This document shows, piece after piece, positions 1-9,914 of a stretch of DNA of 64,000 nucleotides. Both the position numbers and the translations under genes were made by a program. This DNA comes from Candidatus Bathyarchaeia archaeon (lineage in GTDB: Archaea; Thermoproteota; Bathyarchaeia; Bathyarchaeales; Bathycorpusculaceae), in contig JAVZLQ010000002.1 of the NCBI GenBank assembly GCA_038883655.1, positions 185,625 to 249,624 on the forward strand. Reading direction: 5' to 3'. How positions within the stretch are numbered: the stretch's first letter is position 1; each line of letters opens with the position of its first letter. The notes below the pieces were generated by a model, which saw only the letters and a program-made list of their open reading frames with translations, did not search any database and was not told where the DNA came from.

Positions 1-866
1 TTCTTGGACATGAGCCAGCTGGCATAATAGCCAAAAAGGGAAGAAAGGTTAAAGATTTCAATGTTGGCGAAAGAGTTTTCGTCCATCATCATGTTGCTTG
101 CCTGAAATGTCACTACTGCTTGCACGGCGATTACACGCTCTGCGAACAATTCCATAAAACGCACCTAGACCCAGGCGGATTTGCAGAATACTTCAGAGTG
201 CCAGCTCCAAACCTTCAAATTGACACTTTAAAGATTCCAGAAAGCCTAACATTTGAGGAGGCAACATTCATAGAGCCAGTTGGCTGCTGCTTAAGAGCGA
301 TAAAGAAATGCTGTTTGCAGGCCGGCGATTCCGTCGCTGTTATCGGCTCTGGAGTTATAGGGATAATCCATGTGGCGCTAACGAAAATTTTCGGAGCAAC
401 AAAAATAGTTGCAAGCGACATTGTCGATTTTAGGCTTGAAGTGGCGAAAAAATTCGGTGCTGATGTGACAGTTAACCCTAAAAAGGAAAATTTAAAGAGC
501 GTTGTTGAAGCTGAAACAGACGGGCTCGGAGTGGATGTTGTCTTTGTTACAGCCCCAAGCCTAGAAGCCTACAAGGCTGGCTTAAGCGTTTGCCGCAAAG
601 GCGGAAAACTGTGCGTGTTCGCCCCAACAAGCTCCGAAGAAAAGCTTCAGCTAAGCCCAAAAGAGCTGTTCTTTTCAGAAATCAAAATAATCCCATCATA
701 TTCGACTTCGCATTTAGAAACACGTTTGGCTTTGGAGCTAATAAAATCTGGAAAACTGAGTTTGAGGGAGTTAATTACGCATCGTTTTAGGCTTGAAGAG
801 GCAGCTGAAGCCTTCAAAACAGCCCTAGAAAACAAAGAAAGCCTAAAAATCATAATACATAACTAG
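1..866 (+). CDS. Zn-dependent alcohol/polyol dehydrogenase (MDR family), 5'-truncated by window edge
   Basis: Frame is open from base 3 (LGHEPAG Zn motif, CxxCxxC structural Zn); GSGVIG Rossmann motif; EPVGCC. Confidence 0.9.
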   Translation, partial: LGHEPAGIIAKKGRKVKDFNVGERVFVHHHVACLKCHYCLHGDYTLCEQFHKTHLDPGGFAEYFRVPAPNLQIDTLKIPESLTFEEATFIEPVGCCLRAIKKCCLQAGDSVAVIGSGVIGIIHVALTKIFGATKIVASDIVDFRLEVAKKFGADVTVNPKKENLKSVVEAETDGLGVDVVFVTAPSLEAYKAGLSVCRKGGKLCVFAPTSSEEKLQLSPKELFFSEIKIIPSYSTSHLETRLALELIKSGKLSLRELITHRFRLEEAAEAFKTALENKESLKIIIHN

Positions 867-903
867 TCATGGGATTGCAATAAACAATAGAAGGCTTTCG
901 CGG

Positions 904-1107
904 TTGCATAGACTGGAATTTTCCTGGAAGCTGCTGTTCGCCGCCTTGGTTCTCGTGGCAGCTGGCCTGTTCTTAATGCTTCAATGTTCAAATACGCTTT
1001 TTGAGACGAATCCTCTTGCCATTGTTTTCATGTTATTGGCTGTAATTTTCATTCTTTCTGGAATAATCTTAATCCTTGCTGGTTTAGCGGCTATGGCTTC
1101 TGTTTAA
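904..1107 (+). CDS. small two-TM membrane protein
   Basis: 67 aa with two hydrophobic stretches; fills the gap between two dehydrogenases. Confidence 0.55.
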   Translation: MHRLEFSWKLLFAALVLVAAGLFLMLQCSNTLFETNPLAIVFMLLAVIFILSGIILILAGLAAMASV

Positions 1108-1168
1108 AGGTTAACGAGGAGAAATCTCCATATACTCTAGTCCACAATCTTAGAGGCAAGTGATACAA

Positions 1169-2197
1169 ATGAAGGCTGCAATGCTTTATGGCGTAAAAGA
1201 CTTGCGAGTTGAAGATGTTCCAAAGCCAAAAGTTAACGCTGGCGAAGTCCTCGTTAAGGTTAAGGCGGCAACAACATGCGGAACAGACCTAAAAATTTTC
1301 CAGAGAGGCTACGTTGAGAAGGTGATAAGGCTTCCAACGGTTTTTGGGCATGAGTGGGCTGGCGAAGTTGTGGAAGTTAGCGAAGGCCTAGAATGGCCTA
1401 GGAAGAGTATGCGTGTGCGCGCTGGAAACAGCGCTCCATGTTTACATTGTGTGATGTGCCAGAAGGGAAAGTATAATCTTTGTGAGAACATGATTTGGCT
1501 TTGGGGTGCGTATGCGGAATACATTAAGGTTCCAGCGCGGATGGTTCTCGTCAACATGCAAGAGATTCCACCGCATGTTTCTTTTGAAGAGGCAGCCATA
1601 ACAGAGCCCTTAGCATGCGTTTTGCACGGAGTGGAAGAGGCTGGAGTTAGGCTTGGCGATAATGTGGCGATAATTGGCGCTGGACCAATAGGGTTGCTGC
1701 ACTTGTTAACTGTCAAGCGAGTTGGCGCCGAAAAGGTCATAATGATAGACCTCATTGAGGAAAGGTTGGATTTCGCGAAAAAGCTTGGCGCAGACGAAGT
1801 TGTCAACGCTGGAAAAGGCGACGTCGTGGAAAAGGTTAAACAGTTAACAGACGGTTATAGCGTTGACGTAGCAATAGAAGCCATTGGTTTGCCTCAAACG
1901 TGGGAGCAAGCCCTAAAACTCGTCAGAAAAGGCGGAAGAGTTTTAGAATTCGGCGGATGCCCGCCTGGAACAGAGATTAAAGTTAGCACGGAGATGCTTC
2001 ATTACGGGGAAGTCACGGTTCTAGGCACTTTTCACGCGACTCCGCTACATTTTAGGAAAGCCCTAAGCCTAATAGCCTCAAAAGCAATTGATGTTAGACC
2101 ATTAATAACAAGAAGGATGGGATTGGACGAAATTAGGGAAGCCTTCCAAATACTCGCCACATCAAAAAATGAAATTAAAATTGCAATAATTCCATAA
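1169..2197 (+). CDS. Zn-dependent dehydrogenase (L-iditol/threonine dehydrogenase-like MDR)
   Basis: MKAAML start, TCGTD, GHEWAG, CLHCVMC..C, GAGPIG. Confidence 0.92.
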   Translation: MKAAMLYGVKDLRVEDVPKPKVNAGEVLVKVKAATTCGTDLKIFQRGYVEKVIRLPTVFGHEWAGEVVEVSEGLEWPRKSMRVRAGNSAPCLHCVMCQKGKYNLCENMIWLWGAYAEYIKVPARMVLVNMQEIPPHVSFEEAAITEPLACVLHGVEEAGVRLGDNVAIIGAGPIGLLHLLTVKRVGAEKVIMIDLIEERLDFAKKLGADEVVNAGKGDVVEKVKQLTDGYSVDVAIEAIGLPQTWEQALKLVRKGGRVLEFGGCPPGTEIKVSTEMLHYGEVTVLGTFHATPLHFRKALSLIASKAIDVRPLITRRMGLDEIREAFQILATSKNEIKIAIIP

Positions 2198-2224
2198 GGC
2201 TCGGGTGCCTTCAATTACGCTTAC

Positions 2225-2638
2225 TCAAAGCCACATGCATTTTGAGTACTCAACGTATTTTTGTACAAGATTTGTGGCATCATGCTCACCCATGCTGGGC
2301 GAATGTCGTGCACATAAATGGAACACCTGCACTCGATTGTCATTGAAAAGTTTGGAAATTTGAGCTCGCAATCCTACATGCCTACTTTCAAGACGCGCGA
2401 ACTGCACAGCGATTTTCTTAAGTCTAGATTCAAGGGTTCTTTTTTGCTCCTCTAATTCTTTGATTTTCTGTAGAAGTTGCTCCTCTGAGTAAGGAGACGC
2501 CATTCCAAGTTGTAGGACCTTCTGAATAAACGTTGTGTCGTTTACGGGAATTTTTAGCTTTTCAGCAAGTTCTAAAATCTCGCAGTTTTGGTCCACATAA
2601 ATTGTTTTCTGATCTTTCTTTAGTTTAATTTTAACCAA
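2225..2638 (-). CDS. coiled-coil hypothetical protein (4th gene of riboswitch operon)
   Basis: 137 aa, heptad-rich EEQLLQKIKELEEQKRTLESRL; GGGTGA SD-like motif upstream; 6 bp from the previous gene. Confidence 0.7.
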   Translation of the reverse strand: MVKIKLKKDQKTIYVDQNCEILELAEKLKIPVNDTTFIQKVLQLGMASPYSEEQLLQKIKELEEQKRTLESRLKKIAVQFARLESRHVGLRAQISKLFNDNRVQVFHLCARHSPSMGEHDATNLVQKYVEYSKCMWL

Positions 2639-2644
2639 AACTAA

Positions 2645-2977
2645 TCACCCTTTTCCATTCAAGAGCGCTTCAAGTTTTTCTTGATCTTCAATTAGCTCCT
2701 CCAGCATTCTTTCATCTCTTTTTATGTCGTTCGGCAGTTCCTTTACTCGCTTCTTTAGATACGTTATTCTCTCTTTTAGAGACAGCGTTTCATGCGCAAG
2801 GATTTGAATTCTGAGCGTGAGTAATCCTTTACGGATTATGCTTTCTGCCTGGTCGCCGAGGTTTTCGTATACCTTTGTCGGAATAAAGATTTTGGCACGT
2901 TTATTTTTAACATTGTTCATTTGCAAGTGAACCTCCCGTAACGCTGATTCCTCTTCTACCGACGATTCTCTGAACAC
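2645..2977 (-). CDS. coiled-coil hypothetical protein (3rd gene; start may be ATG at 2920)
   Basis: KRAKIFIPTKVYENL then a coiled coil; GGAGG upstream of the 2920 ATG; overlaps the upstream gene. Confidence 0.65.
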   Translation of the reverse strand: MFRESSVEEESALREVHLQMNNVKNKRAKIFIPTKVYENLGDQAESIIRKGLLTLRIQILAHETLSLKERITYLKKRVKELPNDIKRDERMLEELIEDQEKLEALLNGKG

Positions 2978-3623
2978 TCCTTAAAGGCACGTCTTCTACA
3001 CTTTTTCGATCCGCTTCTGAGAACTCATAGCTTTGCCGTCTAATATATTCGGAGAGTTCTGATTGTAAACGTTGAAGATTTCTCTCTTCAACCTCAACAA
3101 TGATTTTGATGGTTTCTTGATTATGCGTTGTATTCTTCAGCATTTTAAATAAAAGTGCAAAGTGAGGGATGCAAAGACTTTTGGAATCCTTGAAAAGTTT
3201 GAGAAATTCTTCGCTATGTGAAGATAGCAGTTCAATGATTTTTTTAATGTAGACTTTCATGAAACTGGCTAGATGGGTGCATGCGGGACAGTTGGCTGTT
3301 CGGATGGAAATCTCTCCCTGATTCTTTCTTTGCTTATGCAAGTCATGGAGAAGCCTTTCTATAATACTTTGCGTGATTAGGGCTATTCCGTGACCATCTG
3401 AGCTTCCAGGTTTTGCAGCCGTTATCAGCATTCTGTAAAAGTGATGATTGCAGAATCCTCCACTTTTAACAAGTTTTTCTCTTGCTTTAGAGTCCATTAC
3501 AAGCTCGGAAAGATAAGTGTCTATGTATTTTCTTTCAATTTCATCTTCTAATGCGCAAAGAAAACATTCTGCATCGCTTTTGATTATTCTTTCAATGCGG
3601 GGGTATGTTACGTCAATGCTCAT
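2907..3623 (-). CDS. DUF6062-like protein with two CxxC...CxxH Zn-binding repeats
   Basis: CFLC...GGFCNHH and CPAC...LCIPHF duplicated motifs. Confidence 0.75.
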   Translation of the reverse strand: MSIDVTYPRIERIIKSDAECFLCALEDEIERKYIDTYLSELVMDSKAREKLVKSGGFCNHHFYRMLITAAKPGSSDGHGIALITQSIIERLLHDLHKQRKNQGEISIRTANCPACTHLASFMKVYIKKIIELLSSHSEEFLKLFKDSKSLCIPHFALLFKMLKNTTHNQETIKIIVEVEERNLQRLQSELSEYIRRQSYEFSEADRKSVEDVPLRSVQRIVGRRGISVTGGSLANEQC

Positions 3624-3627
3624 GCAG

Positions 3628-4503
3628 TCACCACTGTTCTCTAATTTTCTTTAATACTGTTACAGCGTATAAGGTGTCTTCAAAAGTGGATATCCCAATG
3701 TCTGATCTTGCAAATCCGCCGTTTGCATTTTGACATTTAAGAACAAAATCAGCTGTCTGGTTTGGATATTTTAAGCGCTTGCCAAGAATATTAAGCGTCA
3801 TTGTTCCGTAGTAAGTATGTTCCATGTATGGAGTGGAACTATTAGGCACCACGGTGAAGCCTCCATAAGGCTTTTCGCATGCCCTAACATAATCGAGAGT
3901 TTCCTTAAGCGACTTAACTGGATAACCAAGATTAAAAAGTGAAGCCACAGCATGATAGGTAGAATTCAAATTCGAATGTCCATAAGCCCCAAAACCACCA
4001 TCAATGTTTTTGAAACTCAGCAACCACTCCGTAATCTTCTCATAGTTAACTTCTACACCGACAATTTTAGCAAGCTCGATTGCCATAAGCGCTAAGAGAA
4101 ATTCCGAGGCAACCTCAACATAAACGTCGATGGTTTCAAATTCGCCTTTGACAACTGGCAGAGAAAGAACAAACTTTTTCAAGTTTTTTCCGTTCGGCTT
4201 TTCACCGCACAGTCTTAAGGCTTTGGCTACATAGTAATGCGAGTAAAGGTTTTCTGCGGCAAAACTGCATAGCCATTCAACAGTCTTTTCAACATTTGGA
4301 AAAGGAGTGTCTAACAAATCCAAAATTGCCAACCCATAATACGTATCTTGGGCGTTAGATTCTGTGCCTTGGCAGAAAGCGTATCCACCATCCTCATTCT
4401 GCCGACTAACAACATAGTTAACTACACGTTTACTCCATAGGTCAGCATGTCGCGTATTTTCCAAAACCGCAAACCGCCCCACTTCAGGCAACCTGTCATT
4501 CAC
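3628..4503 (-). CDS. prenyltransferase/squalene-oxidase (alpha-alpha barrel) repeat protein
   Basis: Repeated QNEDGGY, KNIDGGF, EKPYGGF and QNANGGF motifs, each followed by TYY/TYH-A helices. Confidence 0.85.
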   Translation of the reverse strand: MNDRLPEVGRFAVLENTRHADLWSKRVVNYVVSRQNEDGGYAFCQGTESNAQDTYYGLAILDLLDTPFPNVEKTVEWLCSFAAENLYSHYYVAKALRLCGEKPNGKNLKKFVLSLPVVKGEFETIDVYVEVASEFLLALMAIELAKIVGVEVNYEKITEWLLSFKNIDGGFGAYGHSNLNSTYHAVASLFNLGYPVKSLKETLDYVRACEKPYGGFTVVPNSSTPYMEHTYYGTMTLNILGKRLKYPNQTADFVLKCQNANGGFARSDIGISTFEDTLYAVTVLKKIREQW

Positions 4504-4523
4504 CCATATACTTTTGAAACTGG

Positions 4524-4585
4524 GTAGAAGCTATCAGCCCCTGCACATGCAGAAGCAAGGGCGGTTAAAGGCGAGCTTCATCGCC
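4524..4585 (-). ncRNA. fluoride riboswitch (crcB motif)
   Basis: Minus strand GGCGATGAAGCTCGCC-TTT-AACC-GCCCTTGC..GCAGGGGC-TGATAGCTTCTAC; P1 GGCGA/TCGCC, P2 8-bp stem, pseudoknot GAAGCT/AGCTTC. Confidence 0.92.
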
Positions 4586-4609
4586 TTGAATTTTATAGAG
4601 CCTCAAAGA

Positions 4610-4630
4610 GTAAATATAAACATTTCTTAC
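4610..4630 (-). promoter_or_regulatory. archaeal BRE/TATA promoter of the riboswitch operon
   Basis: Minus strand AAGAAATG-TTTATATT about 30 nt upstream of the riboswitch 5' end. Confidence 0.6.
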
Positions 4631-4728
4631 TAACCTTTAATTTTCTCATTTCCACTCATGTTAGCCATGGAATTTAATTGAAAGCAACAATATTTTAATT
4701 AAATGTTATTAGGAGTAAATGTTAATCT

Positions 4729-5154
4729 ATGGTATGGTGTTGTGGCGTGAAGTTTACTTATACTGGTATCCGCGTCAGGAACTTAGAGCGTTCGGTAGAG
4801 TTTTATACAAAAATAATGGGCATGAAAATAGTGCGTAGGGGTACGATGGAGGCAGGCGGCGTCTATGTGCAGCTAAAAAGCGAAAAATCACCGCAGGTTT
4901 TAGAGCTGAACTATTATCCGCTTGGAACAAAGTTTTATGAGGAATATGTTGCTGGTTCCGAGCTTGACCACTTGGCTTTTTGGTGCAAAGACGTCCGAAA
5001 AGAGTATAGGCGTGTTCTCGCTGGTGGCGCAACTCCGGCTGTCGAGCCATGGGACGAGAATGGTTATACGTTGGCGTTTGTTAGAGATCCTGACGGAATT
5101 TGGATTGAGCTTATAGGGCGAGCCATCAAAAGTAAGCGTAAAGCTGAGCCTTAA
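4729..5154 (+). CDS. VOC/glyoxalase family protein
   Basis: YTGIRVRNLERSVEFY, LELNYY, LDHLAF, FVRDPDGIWIEL. Confidence 0.9.
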   Translation: MVWCCGVKFTYTGIRVRNLERSVEFYTKIMGMKIVRRGTMEAGGVYVQLKSEKSPQVLELNYYPLGTKFYEEYVAGSELDHLAFWCKDVRKEYRRVLAGGATPAVEPWDENGYTLAFVRDPDGIWIELIGRAIKSKRKAEP

Positions 5155-5170
5155 GCATGGTCGGCGTGGG

Positions 5171-5572
5171 ATGGTTGTACCTAAAGGCTTAATCCTACGA
5201 ATAGCCACAAAAGAGTGGGTAAACCAGGTTTTTGATTATGCCATGTATTTTACTAGCGTTCGTAGAAGGATGTCTGCTGGGCAAATTGTAATGTTCGTTC
5301 ATAAGACAGAGTTTGGGGATGCCTTCATAGGCTACGGTGAAATTGGAAACGTGTACGTTGTTGAGGAGCTTTCTGAAGTTGAAAAAGGCTTATGCGAAAA
5401 GTGGAGTTGGAAAAGAGCCATAGAATTCAAATATGTTGTCAAGTTTGAGAAGCCACTACCAATAAGGGAGACGTTCCTCAAAAATTTGAAGGTTAGGGGC
5501 AAAACTTTGCATTGCTTTCCGCTTAGCGAAGAATATTTGAATCAAATAATAGGGAAGGCTGAGAAAAGATAG
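5171..5572 (+). CDS. EVE/PUA-like domain protein
   Basis: GQIVMFVH...FIGYGEI...FEKPLPI pattern. Confidence 0.6.
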   Translation: MVVPKGLILRIATKEWVNQVFDYAMYFTSVRRRMSAGQIVMFVHKTEFGDAFIGYGEIGNVYVVEELSEVEKGLCEKWSWKRAIEFKYVVKFEKPLPIRETFLKNLKVRGKTLHCFPLSEEYLNQIIGKAEKR

Positions 5573-5594
5573 ATGTGAAAGGTTTAAGCGTGTT

Positions 5595-6224
5595 CTACCA
5601 TGAGCATGGAATGTATTCGCGCAACCTAAACTTGACGTTTAGGCTTTCTGCGATTTCCTTAACCTTTTTAACGTCAACCTCTGGGATTGCAACAGCGGTA
5701 ACTTCCACATCAAATATCTCTCTAGCCTTTCTTACAAAGTCGAGGACGCTTTCAAAAGCTTTTTCAAATTTTGGCTTGCAAACTTGTCTATAGGTTTCGC
5801 CGTCCTGAGCGTTTAGGCTAACGCTAATTCTGTTTACGCCAGCGTCGCGCAGTTCTTTTACTACGTCTCTTCCAACGTTAATTAGGTAGCCGTTGCCGTT
5901 GGTGTTCACTCTGATTGTTACTGGCTTGCCATAAAACCTTCTAATCCACATGCAAACTTGGACTACGGCGTCTAACCTCTCAAGAGGTTCGCCGAAGCCA
6001 CAGAATATTATTTCACTCCAGTTTCGCAGGTTTATAACGTTTTGCAGCTCATTTAAAATTTCCTTGATTGTTGGTTCCCTTTCCAGTTTGAGCTTGAATC
6101 CGCCTACGCCGTCTCTGAAATTTCTTATGCAGAAGTAGCAGTTGTTTGAACACCTATTTGTTATGTTTAAGTAAAGGTTGTTTCCAAGCCAGTAAACTAT
6201 ACTTGCACTCTTGCCCTTTTGCAT
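5595..6224 (-). CDS. TatD-associated radical SAM protein
   Basis: LYLNITNRCSNNCYFCIR, FCGFGEPL, RVNTNG, SVSLNA. Confidence 0.88.
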   Translation of the reverse strand: MQKGKSASIVYWLGNNLYLNITNRCSNNCYFCIRNFRDGVGGFKLKLEREPTIKEILNELQNVINLRNWSEIIFCGFGEPLERLDAVVQVCMWIRRFYGKPVTIRVNTNGNGYLINVGRDVVKELRDAGVNRISVSLNAQDGETYRQVCKPKFEKAFESVLDFVRKAREIFDVEVTAVAIPEVDVKKVKEIAESLNVKFRLREYIPCSW

Positions 6225-6320
6225 GTGGCCCCCTCGTTTAAGTCATGTATGAGAGGGTGAATGAAAGAATTTAAATGCTGATGCCAGTTTATGCTTCTGT
6301 TATTGCGAGGGACACTAATC

Positions 6321-7949
6321 ATGGTTAAATACATTTTTGTAACGGGCGGCGTGTTAAGCTCTGTTGGTAAGGGAATTGTAACTTCTTCTATTGGAAAGAT
6401 GCTTCAGGCAAGGGGCTTTAAGGTTACAGCTGTGAAAATCGACCCCTACGTAAATGTTGACGCTGGGACAATGAACCCCTACATGCATGGAGAAGTTTAT
6501 GTCACCGATGATGGCGGCGAAACAGACCTAGACCTCGGCTGGTACGAACGCTTTTTGGACTTAAACCTTCGAAAGGACAATAACATCACAACTGGCTTGG
6601 TTTACAAGGCGGTTATTGAAAAAGAGCGTAAGGGCGACTTTCTCGGAAGGTGCGTTCAAATAGTACCACATGTGACAAACGAGATTAAAAGTCGCATACG
6701 CGCTGTTGCAAAACACGCTGATGTGGATGTTGTCTTAACTGAGGTTGGCGGAACAGTCGGCGACATTGAAGGCTTACCGTTTCTAGAGGCTATACGCCAA
6801 ATGCGCTTAGAAGAAGGTTACGAGAACACGCTTTACGTTCATGTTGCATTGGTTCCGATACTGGATGTTACAAAGGAGATGAAAACCAAACCGCTCCAGC
6901 ACAGCGTAAACGAGTTAAGGCGCATAGGTATTCAGCCAGATGTTATAGTTGCACGCTGTTCAGAAATGATAGACTCTGAAGCACTGCGTAAAATAGCGTT
7001 GTTTGGCACAATACCCGAAAACGCTGTTTTCTGCTCCTACAACGTCGAAACAATCTACCAAGTGCCACTAATTTTGGACGAGCAAGGCATGGGCGAATTC
7101 ATATGTAAAAGGCTTGAGCTTCCGCAGCACAAACCAGACTACGTCGAATGGAAACGCTTTGTTGATGCAATACTACAGCCAAAATACGAAGTGAAAATAG
7201 CTCTCGTTGGAAAATATGCTGGATTGGCTGACAGCTACGTAAGCATGAACGAGGCACTTCGTCACGCTGGCGCCGCTTGCAAGGCGGAAGTTTGCATAAG
7301 CTACATTGAAGCTGAAACCTTCGAAAAGAACCCCAAAGACGTGGAAAAACTGCGGGAGTATGATGGTATATTTGTGCCATACGGTTTTGGTCCGAGGGGC
7401 ACGGAAGGCAAGATAATGGCGATAAGGTTTGCAAGGGAAAACAACGTTCCTTTTCTCGGCATATGTTATGGCTTCCAACTTGCAGTTGTCGAATTCGCGA
7501 GACACGTATGCGGCTTAAAGGATGCAAGCAGCACAGAAATCAATCCTTCAACGCCCAATCCAGTAATTGACCTCATGCCAGAACAACGCGGAATAGAAAT
7601 CAAAGGCGCAACGATGCGCCTAGGGGCACACAAAATTATTGTTAAGCCTTGCACAACCGCGTATGCCCTCTACAAAAGCGAAGAAATCTATGAACGGCAC
7701 CGCCACAGATTCGAGGTTAACCTTAACTATTTAGAAACTTTTGAGAAGAACGGTCTAGTGTTTTCAGGAAAAAGCGCTGATGGAAGGCGCATGGAAATCC
7801 TTGAGTTGCCAAGTCACTTCTTCTTTTTTGCTTCGCAGTTCCACGGAGAATTCAAAAGCCGCCCTGGAAAGCCAGACCCAGAATATTACGGCTTTGTTAA
7901 GGCGTGTTTAGATAAAAAGTTGGGCAAGCCCAAGCCCGATTTTCAATAA
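6321..7949 (+). CDS. pyrG: CTP synthase
   Basis: [46 protein letters not shown]. Confidence 0.98.
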   Translation: MVKYIFVTGGVLSSVGKGIVTSSIGKMLQARGFKVTAVKIDPYVNVDAGTMNPYMHGEVYVTDDGGETDLDLGWYERFLDLNLRKDNNITTGLVYKAVIEKERKGDFLGRCVQIVPHVTNEIKSRIRAVAKHADVDVVLTEVGGTVGDIEGLPFLEAIRQMRLEEGYENTLYVHVALVPILDVTKEMKTKPLQHSVNELRRIGIQPDVIVARCSEMIDSEALRKIALFGTIPENAVFCSYNVETIYQVPLILDEQGMGEFICKRLELPQHKPDYVEWKRFVDAILQPKYEVKIALVGKYAGLADSYVSMNEALRHAGAACKAEVCISYIEAETFEKNPKDVEKLREYDGIFVPYGFGPRGTEGKIMAIRFARENNVPFLGICYGFQLAVVEFARHVCGLKDASSTEINPSTPNPVIDLMPEQRGIEIKGATMRLGAHKIIVKPCTTAYALYKSEEIYERHRHRFEVNLNYLETFEKNGLVFSGKSADGRRMEILELPSHFFFFASQFHGEFKSRPGKPDPEYYGFVKACLDKKLGKPKPDFQ

Positions 7950-8395
7950 ACCCTATGATATGGTCTCAAAAGCTCCTCAAGAATTGAGAGCATCGTTGGA
8001 ACCTTCGCCACAATATCGCTGAAGGTTATTATGCCCACAAGTTTGCCGTCATTCATCACTGGAAGACGTTTGACGCGCTTTTTCGCCATAAGTTTGGCTG
8101 CTTCCTCGATGCTTGCGTTTTCATTTATTGTTTGAACAGGGCTTGTCATAACTTGTCTTGCTGTTAGGGTTTCAGGCGCAAGGCAGGGCTCAACAAGTCG
8201 CCTTAAAATGTCGCGTTCAGTTATGATGCCTACTGGTCTATCTCCTTGAACAACTATTATTGAGCCTATGTCAAACTTGTTCATGGTTGCGACAACCTCC
8301 TTAACCGTGGTGTCTGGACGCACAACCCTAACATCCCTTGACATGATATCTCTAACCAAAACTATTCCAGCCATACGAAATTTTGCCTCCAACAA
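7943..8395 (-). CDS. CBS domain pair protein
   Basis: [31 protein letters not shown]. Confidence 0.92.
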   Translation of the reverse strand: MLEAKFRMAGIVLVRDIMSRDVRVVRPDTTVKEVVATMNKFDIGSIIVVQGDRPVGIITERDILRRLVEPCLAPETLTARQVMTSPVQTINENASIEEAAKLMAKKRVKRLPVMNDGKLVGIITFSDIVAKVPTMLSILEELLRPYHRVY

Positions 8396-8436
8396 CCTCT
8401 ACAATTTTATTGCATTAATCCCTTATTTATTTTGAT

Positions 8437-8979
8437 GTGGTTAAAAATAGATGCACAAAGTTTGGAGAACATGCCTTCATGAACTCTGAAAAGAGTGAAG
8501 CTTTTAGGAAACGCTTAGAAGAAGCCAAGAATTATAGTGAAATATGGGAAGTCGTTAAAGACACCGTTGAGTTTTCGCTTCACAAGCGCAGAGGTGGAAT
8601 GATGCTTTTTTTGGACGATCTGCCTATTCAACTAGGCGCTTACCATCCAATAGGAACAAACAACATAGTCTTAAACAGGCGTCTAGTTCAAATAGTCGAG
8701 GGCGCGCTCAAATCAAGGCGTGTTGTTAACGCTCTAGTTTATAATCTTCTTTTGCACGAGTATCTCCACGCTCTGGGCAAGTATTCAGAATTTGAAGTTA
8801 GACAACTTGTCTATGAGATTGCAAGGCAATGCTTCGGAGAAGAGCATGTGGTAACCGCTATTGCAAAGAAAAGTCCATGGGCTTTGCTTAGCGGCATACC
8901 GCTAGAAGCAGTTAATATTCCAAGGAAGGTTATGGAAATCGTGAAGGACTTCGAGAAAACAGATGGATATATAGTTTAA
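8437..8979 (+). CDS. conserved archaeal HEXXH protein (putative Zn metallopeptidase-like)
   Basis: LLHEYLHALG motif. Confidence 0.65.
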   Translation: MVKNRCTKFGEHAFMNSEKSEAFRKRLEEAKNYSEIWEVVKDTVEFSLHKRRGGMMLFLDDLPIQLGAYHPIGTNNIVLNRRLVQIVEGALKSRRVVNALVYNLLLHEYLHALGKYSEFEVRQLVYEIARQCFGEEHVVTAIAKKSPWALLSGIPLEAVNIPRKVMEIVKDFEKTDGYIV

Positions 8980-9029
8980 ATTTTGTGAAAAGAGATAAAT
9001 TAGATGGCACCTAGTTTTTATGACAGTCC

Positions 9030-9905
9030 ATGAATCTAAAAAGTGAAATTGGCAGGAACATACCGAACAAGTTCATTGAAAATGGAAAAATGTTAATCAG
9101 CAAAGTTACAGTTAAGCGCGACTTGAAAGAAAGCATTTTGCACGCTGTAAATTTGATTGGCGGCTTCAAGAAGGTTATTGAAAGCGGCGATGAGGTTCTC
9201 TTAAAACCAAACTATAACAGTGCAGACCCACCGCCAGCCTCAACAGACCCGAAATTTTTGAGAGTGTTGGTGGAGCTTCTTTACGAGCATGGCGCTGGAA
9301 AAGTTGTTGTGGGCGAATCTTCCATGCAGACGCTTTCAACTAGGAAGGTTATGGAGAAAACTGGCGCTTTAAAAGCGCTAAGCGATAGCGGGGCAGAACT
9401 CGTCTTTTTCGATGAGGGGAAATGGGTTAAGATTGATGTGGACGAAAAATACTTGAAGAAGGCGAGTTTGCCGGAAAGAGCCTTACGTGCTGATAAGCTT
9501 GTTTATTGTTGTTGTATGAAAACCCATTTTAAAGCGGATTTCTCATTTAGCCTAAAGCTTGCAGTAGGCTTTTTGAAGGGAAGCGAAAGGATAGCGCTCC
9601 ACTTAATGCATTTAAAAGAAAAAATTGTCGACTTGAACCTTGTGGTGCATCCAAACCTAATAGTTATGGATGGACGAAAATGTTTCATCACGGGCGGGCC
9701 ATTCAGCGGGGAAAAACGCGAACCAAACGTTATTCTTGCTTCTGGAGACCGCATAGCCATGGATGTTGAATCAATAAAGATAATTGAGAGTTTTGATGGC
9801 GCAGTTTTGAAGGGTGACCCATGGAGCTACACGCAAATAAAGCGTGCTGTTGAGCTTGGTTTAGGCGCAAAAAGCGAACAAGACTATCAAGTTATTTCTG
9901 AATAG
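9030..9905 (+). CDS. DUF362 domain protein
   Basis: VLLKPN, STDP, VGES, MKTH, SLKLAVG, DRIAMD. Confidence 0.88.
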   Translation: MNLKSEIGRNIPNKFIENGKMLISKVTVKRDLKESILHAVNLIGGFKKVIESGDEVLLKPNYNSADPPPASTDPKFLRVLVELLYEHGAGKVVVGESSMQTLSTRKVMEKTGALKALSDSGAELVFFDEGKWVKIDVDEKYLKKASLPERALRADKLVYCCCMKTHFKADFSFSLKLAVGFLKGSERIALHLMHLKEKIVDLNLVVHPNLIVMDGRKCFITGGPFSGEKREPNVILASGDRIAMDVESIKIIESFDGAVLKGDPWSYTQIKRAVELGLGAKSEQDYQVISE

Positions 9906-9914
9906 GCGCAAAGG

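Noticed and set aside
3628-4503. Squalene-hopene cyclase call
   Set aside because: Only 291 aa (single barrel) and no DxDD catalytic motif; only the repeat fold is supported
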